From: an uncultured Chromatiales bacterium
Lineage (GTDB): Bacteria; Bacteroidota; Ignavibacteria; SZUA-365
Direction: 5' to 3'
DNA length: 60,130 bases
Assembly: GCA_964635845.1 (NCBI GenBank)
Contig: CAZWNO010000001.1
Span: forward strand, 28,623 to 88,752
Below the pieces are notes generated by a model. It saw only the letters and a program-made list of their open reading frames with translations. It was not told where the DNA came from and made no database searches. Positions 20,402-29,172 of this stretch are shown one piece after another. The first letter of the stretch is position 1. Each line of letters begins with the position of its first letter. The position numbers and the translations under genes are program-made.

Positions 20402-21855
20402 ACCTGCTCGCGTCTCATGCCGCGAGGATTCCCGACCGCATCGCCCTGATCGATGGCGGGAAACGCTGGAGCTGGTCAGAGCTGCACGAGCAGGCCCGCG
20501 CGGTCGCGGCCCTGCTGCAGAACAGAAACGGAATTCGTACCGGCGACGTCATCGCCACGCTGCTCGACAACAATGCCGCGCACGTCATACTGCTCCACGC
20601 GATCTTCCTCTGCGGCGCGACCGCCGCTCCGCTGAACACGCGGCTCGCTCCGGCCGAACGCGTCCGACAGCTGGCACATCTCGGTCCGCGCCTCCTGGTG
20701 ACCGGGGACGAGGCGCAGTATCCCGGCATCGCCGTGCTCCATCCCGATAGTCTGATCCCCGTCGACCCGGGTGACCGCCACGAGGAGTACCAGCCGGTCG
20801 CGGATGATGAGGGCGGGCTCTGCAGCATCCTGTACACCTCGGGTTCGACGGGCGAAATGAAGGCGGTGCCGCATACCTGGGCAAATCACCGCGCAAGCGC
20901 GGAGGGATCGGCCGTCAATCTCGGCGTGCGGGAAGACGACAACTGGCTGTGTGTCATCCCGCTCTACCATATCGGGGGATTCGCCATCGTGACGCGCAGT
21001 CTGCGCTACGGCACGTCGATGACATTGCAGCAGGCGTCCCAGCCCCTGGCCATGGCGCACACGATGCGCCGCGAGAACATCTCCCTGCTCTCTGTCGTCC
21101 CAACCGTGCTGCAGCGCATGATCGAAGCGGATGACGCTCTGTCGGGCGGGACGCTCCCGTCATTGCGCGCGATCCTGCTCGGAGGAGCATCCGCATCGCC
21201 GGCGCTGTGGGCCGAGGTGCTGGCGCGTGACCTTCCCGTGCTTGGAACCTACGGTCTGACGGAAACCTGCTCCCAGGTCGTGACTGCTTCACCGCGATCC
21301 TGGCGAAGCATGGCCGGCAGTGCCGGCCGGCCCATCGGCGGAGCCGAACTCCGCATCCTCGATGAAGGCGGCGGGCGACTCCCGTCGGGAACGCCGGGTG
21401 AGATCGCCGTCCACGGCGCAATGGTGACGGAGGGGTATCTTCGCAACGACATCCTGACAGCAGGACGATTCCGGGAGGGATGGTTCCATACGGGAGATAT
21501 CGGAACGATTGACGCGCGCGGATTGCTGCGCGTGCTCGGCCGGCGCGACGACATGATCGTCACGGGAGGCGAGAACGTCTATCCGTCGGAAATAGAGGAT
21601 GTGCTTATCCGGCATCCGGGCGTGCGTGAAGCCGCCGTCACCGGTATCGAAGACCGTGCGTGGGGTGCGAGGATCGCCGCCGTACTCGTGCTCCGCACGG
21701 CGGTCGCGGATGCCGAACTCGACGCATGGTGCCGCGTGGCGCTGGCGGGCTACAAGATTCCGCGGAAATGGATTCGGGTCGACGCGTTGCCACGCACGGC
21801 GTCGGGGAAAATCATCCGGAGCGAGGTGAGCAGGATCGTGTCGGAAGGGGGATAG
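20398..21855 (+). CDS. menE: o-succinylbenzoate-CoA ligase
   Basis: Adenylate-forming enzyme with YTSGSTGEMKAV, TGD and K near the C-terminus (SGKIIR). It has an ATGA overlap with menC. Confidence 0.85.
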   Translation: MNLLASHAARIPDRIALIDGGKRWSWSELHEQARAVAALLQNRNGIRTGDVIATLLDNNAAHVILLHAIFLCGATAAPLNTRLAPAERVRQLAHLGPRLLVTGDEAQYPGIAVLHPDSLIPVDPGDRHEEYQPVADDEGGLCSILYTSGSTGEMKAVPHTWANHRASAEGSAVNLGVREDDNWLCVIPLYHIGGFAIVTRSLRYGTSMTLQQASQPLAMAHTMRRENISLLSVVPTVLQRMIEADDALSGGTLPSLRAILLGGASASPALWAEVLARDLPVLGTYGLTETCSQVVTASPRSWRSMAGSAGRPIGGAELRILDEGGGRLPSGTPGEIAVHGAMVTEGYLRNDILTAGRFREGWFHTGDIGTIDARGLLRVLGRRDDMIVTGGENVYPSEIEDVLIRHPGVREAAVTGIEDRAWGARIAAVLVLRTAVADAELDAWCRVALAGYKIPRKWIRVDALPRTASGKIIRSEVSRIVSEGG

Positions 21856-21894
21856 GTCCGTGTCGGAATTCGATGAGGCGGGAATTTGGGGAAA

Positions 21895-22032
21895 ATGGGA
21901 AAATGGAAAGATGGAAAGATGGAAAGATGGAAAATGGAACGATGGAAAGATGGAAAGATGGAAAGATGGAAAATGGAACGATGGAAAGATGGAACGATGG
22001 AAAGATGGAACGATGGAAAGATGAATGGAAGC
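21895..22032. repeat. 7/8-nt tandem array (ATGGAAAG / ATGGAACG / ATGGAAA), 16 units plus degenerate ends
   Basis: Read directly from the sequence. A 39-nt super-unit [ATGGAAAG x3, ATGGAAA, ATGGAACG] is tandemly duplicated (21903-21941 and 21942-21980). The array fills the convergent menE/menG spacer. Confidence 0.9.
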
Positions 22033-22044
22033 GGGTGAGGACGG

Positions 22045-22734
22045 TTACCTGACGGTGCCGATGTAGAGGTAGGCGATGCCTCCGGTGAGAGGGATGGTGC
22101 GCCGGTCGGAGAACATTCCGCTGCGGTCCATCAGCGCGAGAAACTCGTCACCCGTTGGAAAGGCCGCGGACGTGCGGGTGAGATATTCATAGGCGTCGCG
22201 CTTCCCCGAGACGAGACCGCCGACGAGCGGGATGACCACCCTGCTGTAGAAAGTAAAAAAGGGCTTCATCCACCACAGCGGCCGGCCGAATTCCAGGACC
22301 AGCACGCGGCCGCCGGGACGGACGACACGGGCCATGCTCTGCAATGCCAGCACGGGATCGTCGACATTGCGGATACCGAACGCGATGGATGCCGCGTCGA
22401 AACTGTCGTCCGGATACGTGAGATGCATCGCGTCCTGCACCTCCCATCCAACGGAGAGTCCCATCTTTTTTGCTTTGTCCGGTGCGAACGCCAGCATTTC
22501 CGCGCAGAAATCCGTTCCGACCACGCGTCCGTTCGGGCCGACCGCGCGCTTGAATTCCAGCGCGAGATCGCCCGTGCCTGTGGCGCAATCGAGCACGGCA
22601 CCGCCGGGTTCTATTCCGCTGTAGCGCACGGTTGCCTTGCGCCAACGGTGATGGACACCGAACGAGAGAAGCGCGTTCGCGCGGTCATAGCTGCCGGAAA
22701 TGCCGGCGAACATGTCTAGCACTTCGCGGCTCAT
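22045..22734 (-). CDS. menG: demethylmenaquinone / ubiquinone C-methyltransferase
   Basis: MFAGISGSYDRANALLSFGVHHRWR, LDCATGTGDLA (SAM motif I) and RPGGRVLVLEF follow the UbiE/MenG family pattern. Confidence 0.88.
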   Translation of the reverse strand: MSREVLDMFAGISGSYDRANALLSFGVHHRWRKATVRYSGIEPGGAVLDCATGTGDLALEFKRAVGPNGRVVGTDFCAEMLAFAPDKAKKMGLSVGWEVQDAMHLTYPDDSFDAASIAFGIRNVDDPVLALQSMARVVRPGGRVLVLEFGRPLWWMKPFFTFYSRVVIPLVGGLVSGKRDAYEYLTRTSAAFPTGDEFLALMDRSGMFSDRRTIPLTGGIAYLYIGTVR

Positions 22735-22758
22735 GAAGGAACGCGCGCGATCGGAAAT

Positions 22759-22795
22759 GAAGGGGAGGATTGCATCGGAAGGGAGGATTGCATCA
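22759..22795. repeat. 18-19 bp tandem duplication (gaagg(g)gaggattgcatc) spanning the stop codon of the DAHP synthase gene
   Basis: Copy 1 is at 22759-22777 and copy 2 at 22778-22795. They differ by a 1-nt indel and 1 substitution. Confidence 0.7.
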
Positions 22796-23638
22796 GGACA
22801 GCGGCCGTCCCGTCACCGTGGCAATGAGACGGAGCTGTTCCATCATGCCGCGGTAGCGGTCCGGTGAGAGGGCCTGGTCTGCGTCGGAAAGCGCGACGCT
22901 CGGGTCGGGGTGCACCTCGACCATGAGTCCGTCGAGTCCCGCCGCAAGAGCCGCCGCGGCGAGCGCGGGAATGAGCGATGGATTGCCCGTGGCGTGCGAT
23001 GGATCGACGATGACGGGAAGGTGCGTCTGCTGGCGCGCGAGTACCGCACCGGCGAGGTCGAGAGTGAAGCGCGTTTCATTCGAGAAGGTGCGAATGCCTC
23101 GTTCGCACAGGATCACCTGGTTGTTGCCACCCACGATGATGTACTCCGCCGCGAGAAGCCATTCCTTGATGGTCGAGGCGAAGCCGCGTTTGAGCATCAC
23201 CGGCTTGTTGATCCGGCCAAGTTCCTTGAGCAGCGCCGTGTTGTCCATGTTGCGCGAACCCACCTGAAAGGCGTCGACGAAATCGACCATCCTCTCGATG
23301 TCGCGCTCCGACAGCACTTCGGTGATCATGGGGATGCCCTGGCTGTCCGCGGCATCGCGCATGAGTTTGACGCCATCGAGCCCGAGTCCCTGAAACGTGT
23401 AGGGCGAAGTGCGCGCCTTGAACGCACCGCCGCGCAGAACATGTCCGCCGTATGCCGCGACCAATGCAGCCGCGTCGCGGATCTGCGATTCCGATTCGAT
23501 GGCGCAAGGACCGGCGATTACGATGAATCGGTCTCCCCCTACTTCAATATCACGGATATGGACACGGGTGCGTGGCAGGTTGTCTGATCCTTCTGCATTG
23601 GGAACCGCACGCCGCTCTGCGTTGTCAAGGGCGCTCAT
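22793..23638 (-). CDS. aroF: 3-deoxy-7-phosphoheptulonate (DAHP) synthase, class I-beta
   Basis: FIVIAGPCAIESESQ, KARTSPYTFQGLG, DPSHATG and LMVEVHPDP follow the KDO8P/DAHPS I-beta family pattern. I chose the ATG at 23638. The ORF-track start at 23692 is a TTG. Confidence 0.85.
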   Translation of the reverse strand: MSALDNAERRAVPNAEGSDNLPRTRVHIRDIEVGGDRFIVIAGPCAIESESQIRDAAALVAAYGGHVLRGGAFKARTSPYTFQGLGLDGVKLMRDAADSQGIPMITEVLSERDIERMVDFVDAFQVGSRNMDNTALLKELGRINKPVMLKRGFASTIKEWLLAAEYIIVGGNNQVILCERGIRTFSNETRFTLDLAGAVLARQQTHLPVIVDPSHATGNPSLIPALAAAALAAGLDGLMVEVHPDPSVALSDADQALSPDRYRGMMEQLRLIATVTGRPLS

Positions 23639-23763
23639 TCGAGGTGCTGCGTCTGTATGGCTGTCCGGAAAATTCAATCGCTCAATCTGCAATGAACTCT
23701 AAAAAACGAAAAATATCACCAGAATAACAATTTCACCAGGTACAAACGTTCACATTATGCATT

Positions 23764-24471
23764 CTATGCGTTGAGTTTTCCGAAAAGCCTGATATCGGAC
23801 CCGTTGACTCCGGAAGCCTCGTCCCCCAGCAGATACGCGATTGTTCCGGCGATTTCCTCGGGCTTCACCCACTTCGCCCTGTCTTCCTCCGTACCCCATG
23901 AGCGGTTTGCCTCGGTGTCGATCACACCTGGCAGGATGCAATTCGCGGTCACACCGAACGCGCGCCCTTCATCGGCAAGAATTTTCGTCAGCGCGGATAT
24001 CCCGGCTTTCGAAACGCCGTACCCCGCCTGGTTGGCGGCTGGTTTCACCGCGGCCATCGCTCCGATGGTGACGATGCGTCCCGCGCCCTGCTCGCGGAAG
24101 TGCCGCATGACCAGGCGGCTGAAGAGGAACAATGGCCGCAGGTTCAGGCTGAAGAGAAAGTCCCAGTCCTCGATCGGCGTGTCGGCGATGGACTGGAATC
24201 CGCGGATGCCGCCGAGCAGATGCACGAGTCCGTACAGCGGCGCCTGCGTCGTTGCCGCGTCGAACACGTGTTCGATTTCTCGTTCCGACAGCAGATCCGC
24301 CTCGAGCAGGAAGAGCTGATCGCGCTGCTGGGGAACCATCAGTGCTCGCAGCTGCTGGGCCTCCTTCTCGTTCCGGTAGGGAACGATGCAGCGGAAGCCT
24401 TCGGCGACGAGGCGGCGCGTGACGACGCGTCCGAGTGCTCCCGTCCCTCCTGTAATCAAAATCGATTTCAT
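23764..24471 (-). CDS. SDR-family oxidoreductase
   Basis: The internal ATG gives MKSILITGGTGALGRVV (TGxxxGxG), and a YGVSKAG (YxxxK) catalytic motif is present. Confidence 0.8.
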   Translation of the reverse strand: MKSILITGGTGALGRVVTRRLVAEGFRCIVPYRNEKEAQQLRALMVPQQRDQLFLLEADLLSEREIEHVFDAATTQAPLYGLVHLLGGIRGFQSIADTPIEDWDFLFSLNLRPLFLFSRLVMRHFREQGAGRIVTIGAMAAVKPAANQAGYGVSKAGISALTKILADEGRAFGVTANCILPGVIDTEANRSWGTEEDRAKWVKPEEIAGTIAYLLGDEASGVNGSDIRLFGKLNA

Positions 24472-24645
24472 CCTACCCGACCGGTTTGTTGATGGAATAC
24501 TCTTCGCTTCAACAGTCGCATTCGGCGGAACATTCCCCGGGCCGCTGCTGAGGAGTTGCGCGAAAGCGTCGAAACGTGTGTTCTGACAGCGAAAATCCGG
24601 GTTGCCAGAGGATGTGCCGAAAACGAGTATTCCGTACATTAAAAT

Positions 24646-25032
24646 ATGGCAATCGAATGGAACATGCTGCTGGCGGTGCTTGCCGGAGGAGGCGCGGGAT
24701 CGGTACTGCGATACGTCATGGCCGGTCTCGTGCAGCAGTTGACGAGCGACGATTTCCCTTTCGGGACTCTTGTCGTGAACCTGCTCGGTTCGCTGCTGCT
24801 GGGATTTATCGTGCAGATCGCCGAGACGAAAACCGGACCGGGTCCGTGGATGAAATTGTTTCTGACGGTCGGGCTCTGCGGGGGATTCACGACCTTTTCC
24901 ACATTTTCACTGGAGACGTTCCGCATGCTGCAGGATGGCAGCTATCTTTTCGCAATCGTCAATATCGCCGGCAGCCTTGTCCTCTGTCTGATCGGGATCT
25001 GGGCGGGAATGGTGCTGGCACGAATGGTCTGA
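24646..25032 (+). CDS. crcB: fluoride ion channel CrcB/FluC
   Basis: GGGAGSVLRY, FPFGTLVVNLLGSLLLG and GLCGGFTTFSTFSLE are present, and the protein has four TM helices. Confidence 0.9.
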   Translation: MAIEWNMLLAVLAGGGAGSVLRYVMAGLVQQLTSDDFPFGTLVVNLLGSLLLGFIVQIAETKTGPGPWMKLFLTVGLCGGFTTFSTFSLETFRMLQDGSYLFAIVNIAGSLVLCLIGIWAGMVLARMV

Positions 25033-25050
25033 TCAAACGCGGAGGTTGGT

Positions 25051-25419
25051 ATGCACACGCTGGGCGAGGCGAAATTACTGCGAATATTCATCGGCGAGAA
25101 AGACCGCTGCGATGGCATGCCGCTCTACGAATTCATCGTGAAGGAAGCGCGGAAGCAGGGACTCGCAGGCGCGACCGTGCTTCGCGGTATCGAAGGTTTC
25201 GGCGCATCCAGTCACATGCACACCGCGCGCATTCTGCGGCTGTCGGAGGACCTCCCGATCGTCATCGAAATCGCCGATAAGGAGGATCGCATCGCGCCCT
25301 TCGTCGATCAGCTGCCCGGGATTTTCGACCGCGCCGGATGCGGAGGGATGGCGACGATGGAAAAAGTGGACGTGCTGCTCCTGCGTCCGGCGCCCGGAAA
25401 TCAGGAGCGAATGCGCTGA
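25051..25419 (+). CDS. DUF190 (PII-like, UPF0166) protein commonly paired with crcB
   Basis: LLRIFIGEKDRCDGMPLYEFIVKEARKQGLAGATVLRGIEGFG follows the DUF190 pattern. It lies 18 nt downstream of crcB. Confidence 0.8.
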   Translation: MHTLGEAKLLRIFIGEKDRCDGMPLYEFIVKEARKQGLAGATVLRGIEGFGASSHMHTARILRLSEDLPIVIEIADKEDRIAPFVDQLPGIFDRAGCGGMATMEKVDVLLLRPAPGNQERMR

Positions 25420-25456
25420 TTCCACGGCGTCCCCATGCCGGGCGATGGATGACCGG

Positions 25457-26926
25457 TCAGCTCGCTTCGTTGAACTCCGTCATCTGTTTCATCGGGCGAA
25501 AGGAGAAATGGGGGAAATACTCCGAGAAATCATATTCGAAGTTCCTCGGCCAGTACGTGCCGCTGCGGCTGTTGAGTTCGTAGTCGCCGAGATACTCGCC
25601 GCGTCCGATCCGGTGCAGCATCTCGACGAGCCGGTCGACGTCATCAACATTGTTGTAGCAGCCGAAACTCGCGCGCACCAGGCCGGGAATATTCGTGCGA
25701 TCCCCCTTCAGGATCGCTTCCGTGGATTTCCTCGACGCCGTTTCGTCGTATTGCAGCAGGCGTTTGACAAAGGGGTGGGCGCAAAAGCAGCCGTTGCGCA
25801 CGCCGATGCCTCCCTCGGCGCTGAGGATGGCGGCGACCTTGGCGTGCGGGACGCCGGCGATCGCGAAGCTGATGACGCCTACCTTCCCGGGCAGTTCGTT
25901 CTGTTCCACGGGACCATAGATGCATATGCCGGGAACACTTTTCATCTTCTCGATCGCGTCGCTGATCAACGCGGATTCGTGTTCGGCAATGCGGTTCATT
26001 CCCACTTTCTGCAGCATGTGAATCGCCACGGCAAGTCCGACCGCTCCGGGCACGTTCGGACTCCCCGCCTCCTCGCGCGCGGGAGGTGCGGAGTATCCAA
26101 CGAAGTCCAGATCCACCACGTCGACCACGCCGCCGCCGACCATGTCCGGCTCGCCTTCGGAAAAAAAGTGCTTCGGACCGACCAGCACACCGATGCCGAA
26201 TGGGGCGTACATCTTGTGCGCCGAGTACGCGATGAAGTCGATGTGTCCGGGATGGCCGTCCGGCAGTACGTCGATCGGACGGTGGGGCGCGAGCTGTGCG
26301 GCGTCGACGAAGATCGCCGCGTCATTCGCGTGGGCGATTTCGGCCAGATCATGGATGGGATTGATGATACCCGTGATGTTCGAGGCGCCGGTTACCGCGA
26401 GGAAGCGGACACATCCCTTATTCCGCGCGAAGGCATCGCGCAGCTGCGTCATGTCGAGATAGCCCTTGTCGTCGACGCCGATGTGGATCACCTTCGCATG
26501 GCGGCGCCAGGGCAGGTCGTCGGAATGATGTTCCATCAGCGTCGTGATGACGACATCGCCCTCGCGCCAGTCGCAGCGGTTCGCGAGCTTGTTGACCGCC
26601 TCGGTTGTGTTCTTGACGAAGAGCACCGTGTTATGTTCCGGATCGGCGTGGACGAATTTCCCGGCGAGTTCGTGCGCCTCGTCGAACACCTGCGTGGCGA
26701 GTATGGACTTGAATCCCGTGCCGCGATGCACCCCGGAATAGAACGGCATGAATTCCCTCATGACGTCGTGCACATGCCGGAACGAAGGCGTGCTGGCGCC
26801 ATTGTCGAGGAACACGTACGGCACGCGCGTTCCGTCGAGAAGGGGGACAACCGTGTCGATCCCCATGATGTTGCTTCGCAGATCTTCGAATTTCCAGTTG
26901 CAGAAGTGATCGGAATGGATGTTCAT
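25457..26926 (-). CDS. class-V aminotransferase-fold PLP enzyme (cysteine-desulfurase-like) with C-terminal extension
   Basis: TGASNITG, DAAQLAPH, YSAHKMYAPFGIGVLVG (PLP-lysine block) and RASFGCYN are present. Confidence 0.85.
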   Translation of the reverse strand: MNIHSDHFCNWKFEDLRSNIMGIDTVVPLLDGTRVPYVFLDNGASTPSFRHVHDVMREFMPFYSGVHRGTGFKSILATQVFDEAHELAGKFVHADPEHNTVLFVKNTTEAVNKLANRCDWREGDVVITTLMEHHSDDLPWRRHAKVIHIGVDDKGYLDMTQLRDAFARNKGCVRFLAVTGASNITGIINPIHDLAEIAHANDAAIFVDAAQLAPHRPIDVLPDGHPGHIDFIAYSAHKMYAPFGIGVLVGPKHFFSEGEPDMVGGGVVDVVDLDFVGYSAPPAREEAGSPNVPGAVGLAVAIHMLQKVGMNRIAEHESALISDAIEKMKSVPGICIYGPVEQNELPGKVGVISFAIAGVPHAKVAAILSAEGGIGVRNGCFCAHPFVKRLLQYDETASRKSTEAILKGDRTNIPGLVRASFGCYNNVDDVDRLVEMLHRIGRGEYLGDYELNSRSGTYWPRNFEYDFSEYFPHFSFRPMKQMTEFNEAS

Positions 26927-27191
26927 ACGGGCGAGGATTTTGGTTGAGAGTGCACAGGTGGAAGCGGCATGGGCGCGAACGGGAATCGGTCGTGCAAATA
27001 TAGGACATTGGGCCGAGAGGGCAAAAATGCTGATCCGCTTCCGATCCGGGGCGGTGATAATTCTCGGGTCGGCATGCGATAATCAGCCGGGTGCATTCCC
27101 ACGATCGCCAGGCCGCTCCGGCCAACCCGCGAAACCGAGGCAACTTTCACCCTTTATTTCCGGGTTATTTCGGTGATACGCATTTCCCGCC

Positions 27192-27220
27192 TTGACTTTT
27201 TCCACTTCCAACCGTTAATT
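27192..27220 (+). promoter_or_regulatory. candidate promoter TTGACT-17-TTAATT for rplM-rpsI (alternative -10-like TAATTTTG at 27233-27240)
   Basis: Hexamers and spacing were read from the sequence. The site lies in the only AT-rich patch of the 346-nt divergent spacer. Confidence 0.4.
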
Positions 27221-27272
27221 TGTAGATCGGTTTAATTTTGTCGAGTCACAAACGGTTTCACAAAGGCATCAT

Positions 27273-27725
27273 ATGAGCAAACGCACCACCCAGAGAACCT
27301 TTCATGCCAGCGAGGAAGAAGTCGACAAGAAATGGTACGTCGTTGACGCGGAAGGCCTGGTCCTCGGACGTCTCGCAGCTAACGTGGCGCGCATCCTCCG
27401 CGGGAAGCACAAGCCGATTTTTTCACCGCACATGGACAACGGCGACTTCGTGATCATCGTCAACGCCGGGAAGGTTCGTCTGACAGGCAAGCGGGAAGAG
27501 CAGAAGTCCTACTTTACATATTCGGGTTATCCCGGCGGCGACAAGACCCGCATGTTCAAGGACCTGATCAAATCCAACCCGCAGTACGTGATCGAGCACG
27601 CGGTGCGCGGCATGCTTCCGCACAATCGCCTCGGCCGTCGCCTGATCAAGAAGCTCAAGGTATACGCCGATGCAGGTCATCCGCACGAGGCGCAGCAGCC
27701 GCAGGAACTGAAATTCGAGTTGTAA
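27273..27725 (+). CDS. rplM: 50S ribosomal protein L13
   Basis: KKWYVVDAEGLVLGRLAANVARILRGKHKPIFSPH.. is the canonical L13 sequence. Confidence 0.95.
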   Translation: MSKRTTQRTFHASEEEVDKKWYVVDAEGLVLGRLAANVARILRGKHKPIFSPHMDNGDFVIIVNAGKVRLTGKREEQKSYFTYSGYPGGDKTRMFKDLIKSNPQYVIEHAVRGMLPHNRLGRRLIKKLKVYADAGHPHEAQQPQELKFEL

Positions 27726-27761
27726 AGAAACGAAATATTCTCACCAGATCACAAGGTAATT

Positions 27762-28148
27762 ATGGTTCACAATATTTACGTCGGGCGCAGGAAAACGGCG
27801 GTGGCCCGATCATTTCTGACCCCCGGGTCGGGTAAGATCACCGTGAACGGCAAGGACGTCAGCAGCTATTTTCCGACGGAAACGCTGCTCGAGGAAGTGC
27901 GTCTGCCCATGACGGCGACCGAGACCAACGACCGTTTCGACGTGCGCGTGCGCGTGCGCGGCGGTGGTACGCACGGCCAGGCCGGCGCGGTCAAGATGAG
28001 CATTGCGCGGGCGCTGCTCGCCGTCGACGAGGAATTCCGTCCGAAGCTGCGCGCCTTCAGCCTGCTCACGCGCGACTCGCGCATGGTAGAGCGGAAAAAA
28101 TACGGCCAGAAGAAGGCCCGCAAGCGTTTCCAGTTCAGCAAGCGCTGA
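27762..28148 (+). CDS. rpsI: 30S ribosomal protein S9
   Basis: [22 protein letters not shown] at the start and the C-terminus [18 protein letters not shown]. Confidence 0.95.
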   Translation: MVHNIYVGRRKTAVARSFLTPGSGKITVNGKDVSSYFPTETLLEEVRLPMTATETNDRFDVRVRVRGGGTHGQAGAVKMSIARALLAVDEEFRPKLRAFSLLTRDSRMVERKKYGQKKARKRFQFSKR

Positions 28149-28253
28149 TACAGTCGTTTCCTGCCGGCGGGAAATTCGTACTCGAATTCCCGCGGTGTCG
28201 ACTGCTCAGGATTTTCGCGCGTTTCCTATTCACAATCACACATGCGTCCGGAC

Positions 28254-28288
28254 TGTCCGCCGGGTGTGTCCTTCGGGACGTAGGCGGA
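28254..28288 (+). promoter_or_regulatory. structured element in the rpsB 5' leader (candidate r-protein autoregulatory hairpin)
   Basis: The outer stem GTCCGCC/GGCGGAC encloses GTCC-TTCG-GGAC (a UUCG tetraloop). An upstream CGTCCG (28244-28249) can alternatively pair with CGGACG (28284-28289). Confidence 0.3.
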
Positions 28289-28334
28289 CGGGTGGATGGG
28301 CGCAGCGGAACAACACTCATTCCCAGGAGCTCTC

Positions 28335-29096
28335 ATGTCCAAAGTCGCACTCGAAGACCTGCTCGCCGCAGGCACCCATTTCGGTCACCTGACCCGCCGC
28401 TGGAATCCGAAGATGAAGCCATACATCTTCATGGAGCGCAACGGCATTCACATCATCGATCTCAAGAAGACCCAGGAGCATCTCGACGCCGCCTGCGGCG
28501 CGATCGCGAATATCGTCTCGGACGGCAAGCGCATCCTTTTCGTCGGCACGAAGAAGCAGGCGAAGGACATCATTCGCGAAGCCGCGGTCAAGAGCGGACA
28601 GAATTATGTGGTCGAGCGCTGGCTCGGCGGAATGCTCACCAACTTTTCGACAATTCGCAAGAGCATCAAGCGCCTCACGAATATCGAGAAAATGGAGAGC
28701 GACGGCACCTTCGAAAAAATCACGAAGAAGGAACGGCTGATGATCTCGCGCGAGAAGGAGCGCCTCAACAAGATCCTCAGCGGCATCGTGGATATGAACC
28801 GCCTCCCGGGCGCGCTCTTCGTCGTCGATATCAAGAAAGAGCATATCGCCGTCAAGGAAGCGCGCAATCTCGGCATCTCGGTACTCGCGATCGTGGATAC
28901 GAATTGTGATCCCGACCAGGTGGACCAACTGATCCCCGGCAATGACGATTCCGCCCGCACCATCGAACTGGTCATCAACGCGCTGATCTCGTCCATCGAG
29001 GAAGGCCGCGAGCAGGGTCGGATGGTGAAGGCGGAGCAGGAAGCCGAGGAAGAGCGCATCGCGAAAGAGACCGAGCAGACTCAGGATGCCGAATAG
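28335..29096 (+). CDS. rpsB: 30S ribosomal protein S2
   Basis: The internal ATG gives [32 protein letters not shown]. An AGGAG Shine-Dalgarno sits 6 nt upstream. Confidence 0.95.
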   Translation: MSKVALEDLLAAGTHFGHLTRRWNPKMKPYIFMERNGIHIIDLKKTQEHLDAACGAIANIVSDGKRILFVGTKKQAKDIIREAAVKSGQNYVVERWLGGMLTNFSTIRKSIKRLTNIEKMESDGTFEKITKKERLMISREKERLNKILSGIVDMNRLPGALFVVDIKKEHIAVKEARNLGISVLAIVDTNCDPDQVDQLIPGNDDSARTIELVINALISSIEEGREQGRMVKAEQEAEEERIAKETEQTQDAE

Positions 29097-29103
29097 ATTT
29101 TCC

Positions 29104-29133
29104 GGATGGCTGCTCGTTCAGCCATTCTTTTTA
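29104..29133 (+). terminator. intrinsic terminator/attenuator between rpsB and tsf
   Basis: GGATGGCTG-ctcgtt-CAGCCATTC forms a 9-bp stem with one G.U pair, followed by TTTTTAT. Confidence 0.55.
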
Positions 29134-29172
29134 TCACGCAGTTTTTTTCATTCAATTCGATAGAGAGTACGT

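Noticed and set aside
21660-22052. ORFs that translate the repeat arrays (21660-22052: ..KMERWKDGKMENGTMERWKDG..; 34177-34737: ..ICHLPSVIFHLSS..)
   Set aside because: The apparent peptide repeats are a by-product of reading through the 7/8-nt arrays. A 7-nt period cannot be maintained by selection on a protein. The ORFs also overlap real genes in other frames.
25445-26947. 500-aa ORF on the + strand
   Set aside because: It is exactly antisense to the class-V aminotransferase gene, which has clear PLP-enzyme motifs. Its translation is Arg/Gly/Asp/His-rich with no recognisable family. Long antisense ORFs are expected in GC-rich DNA.
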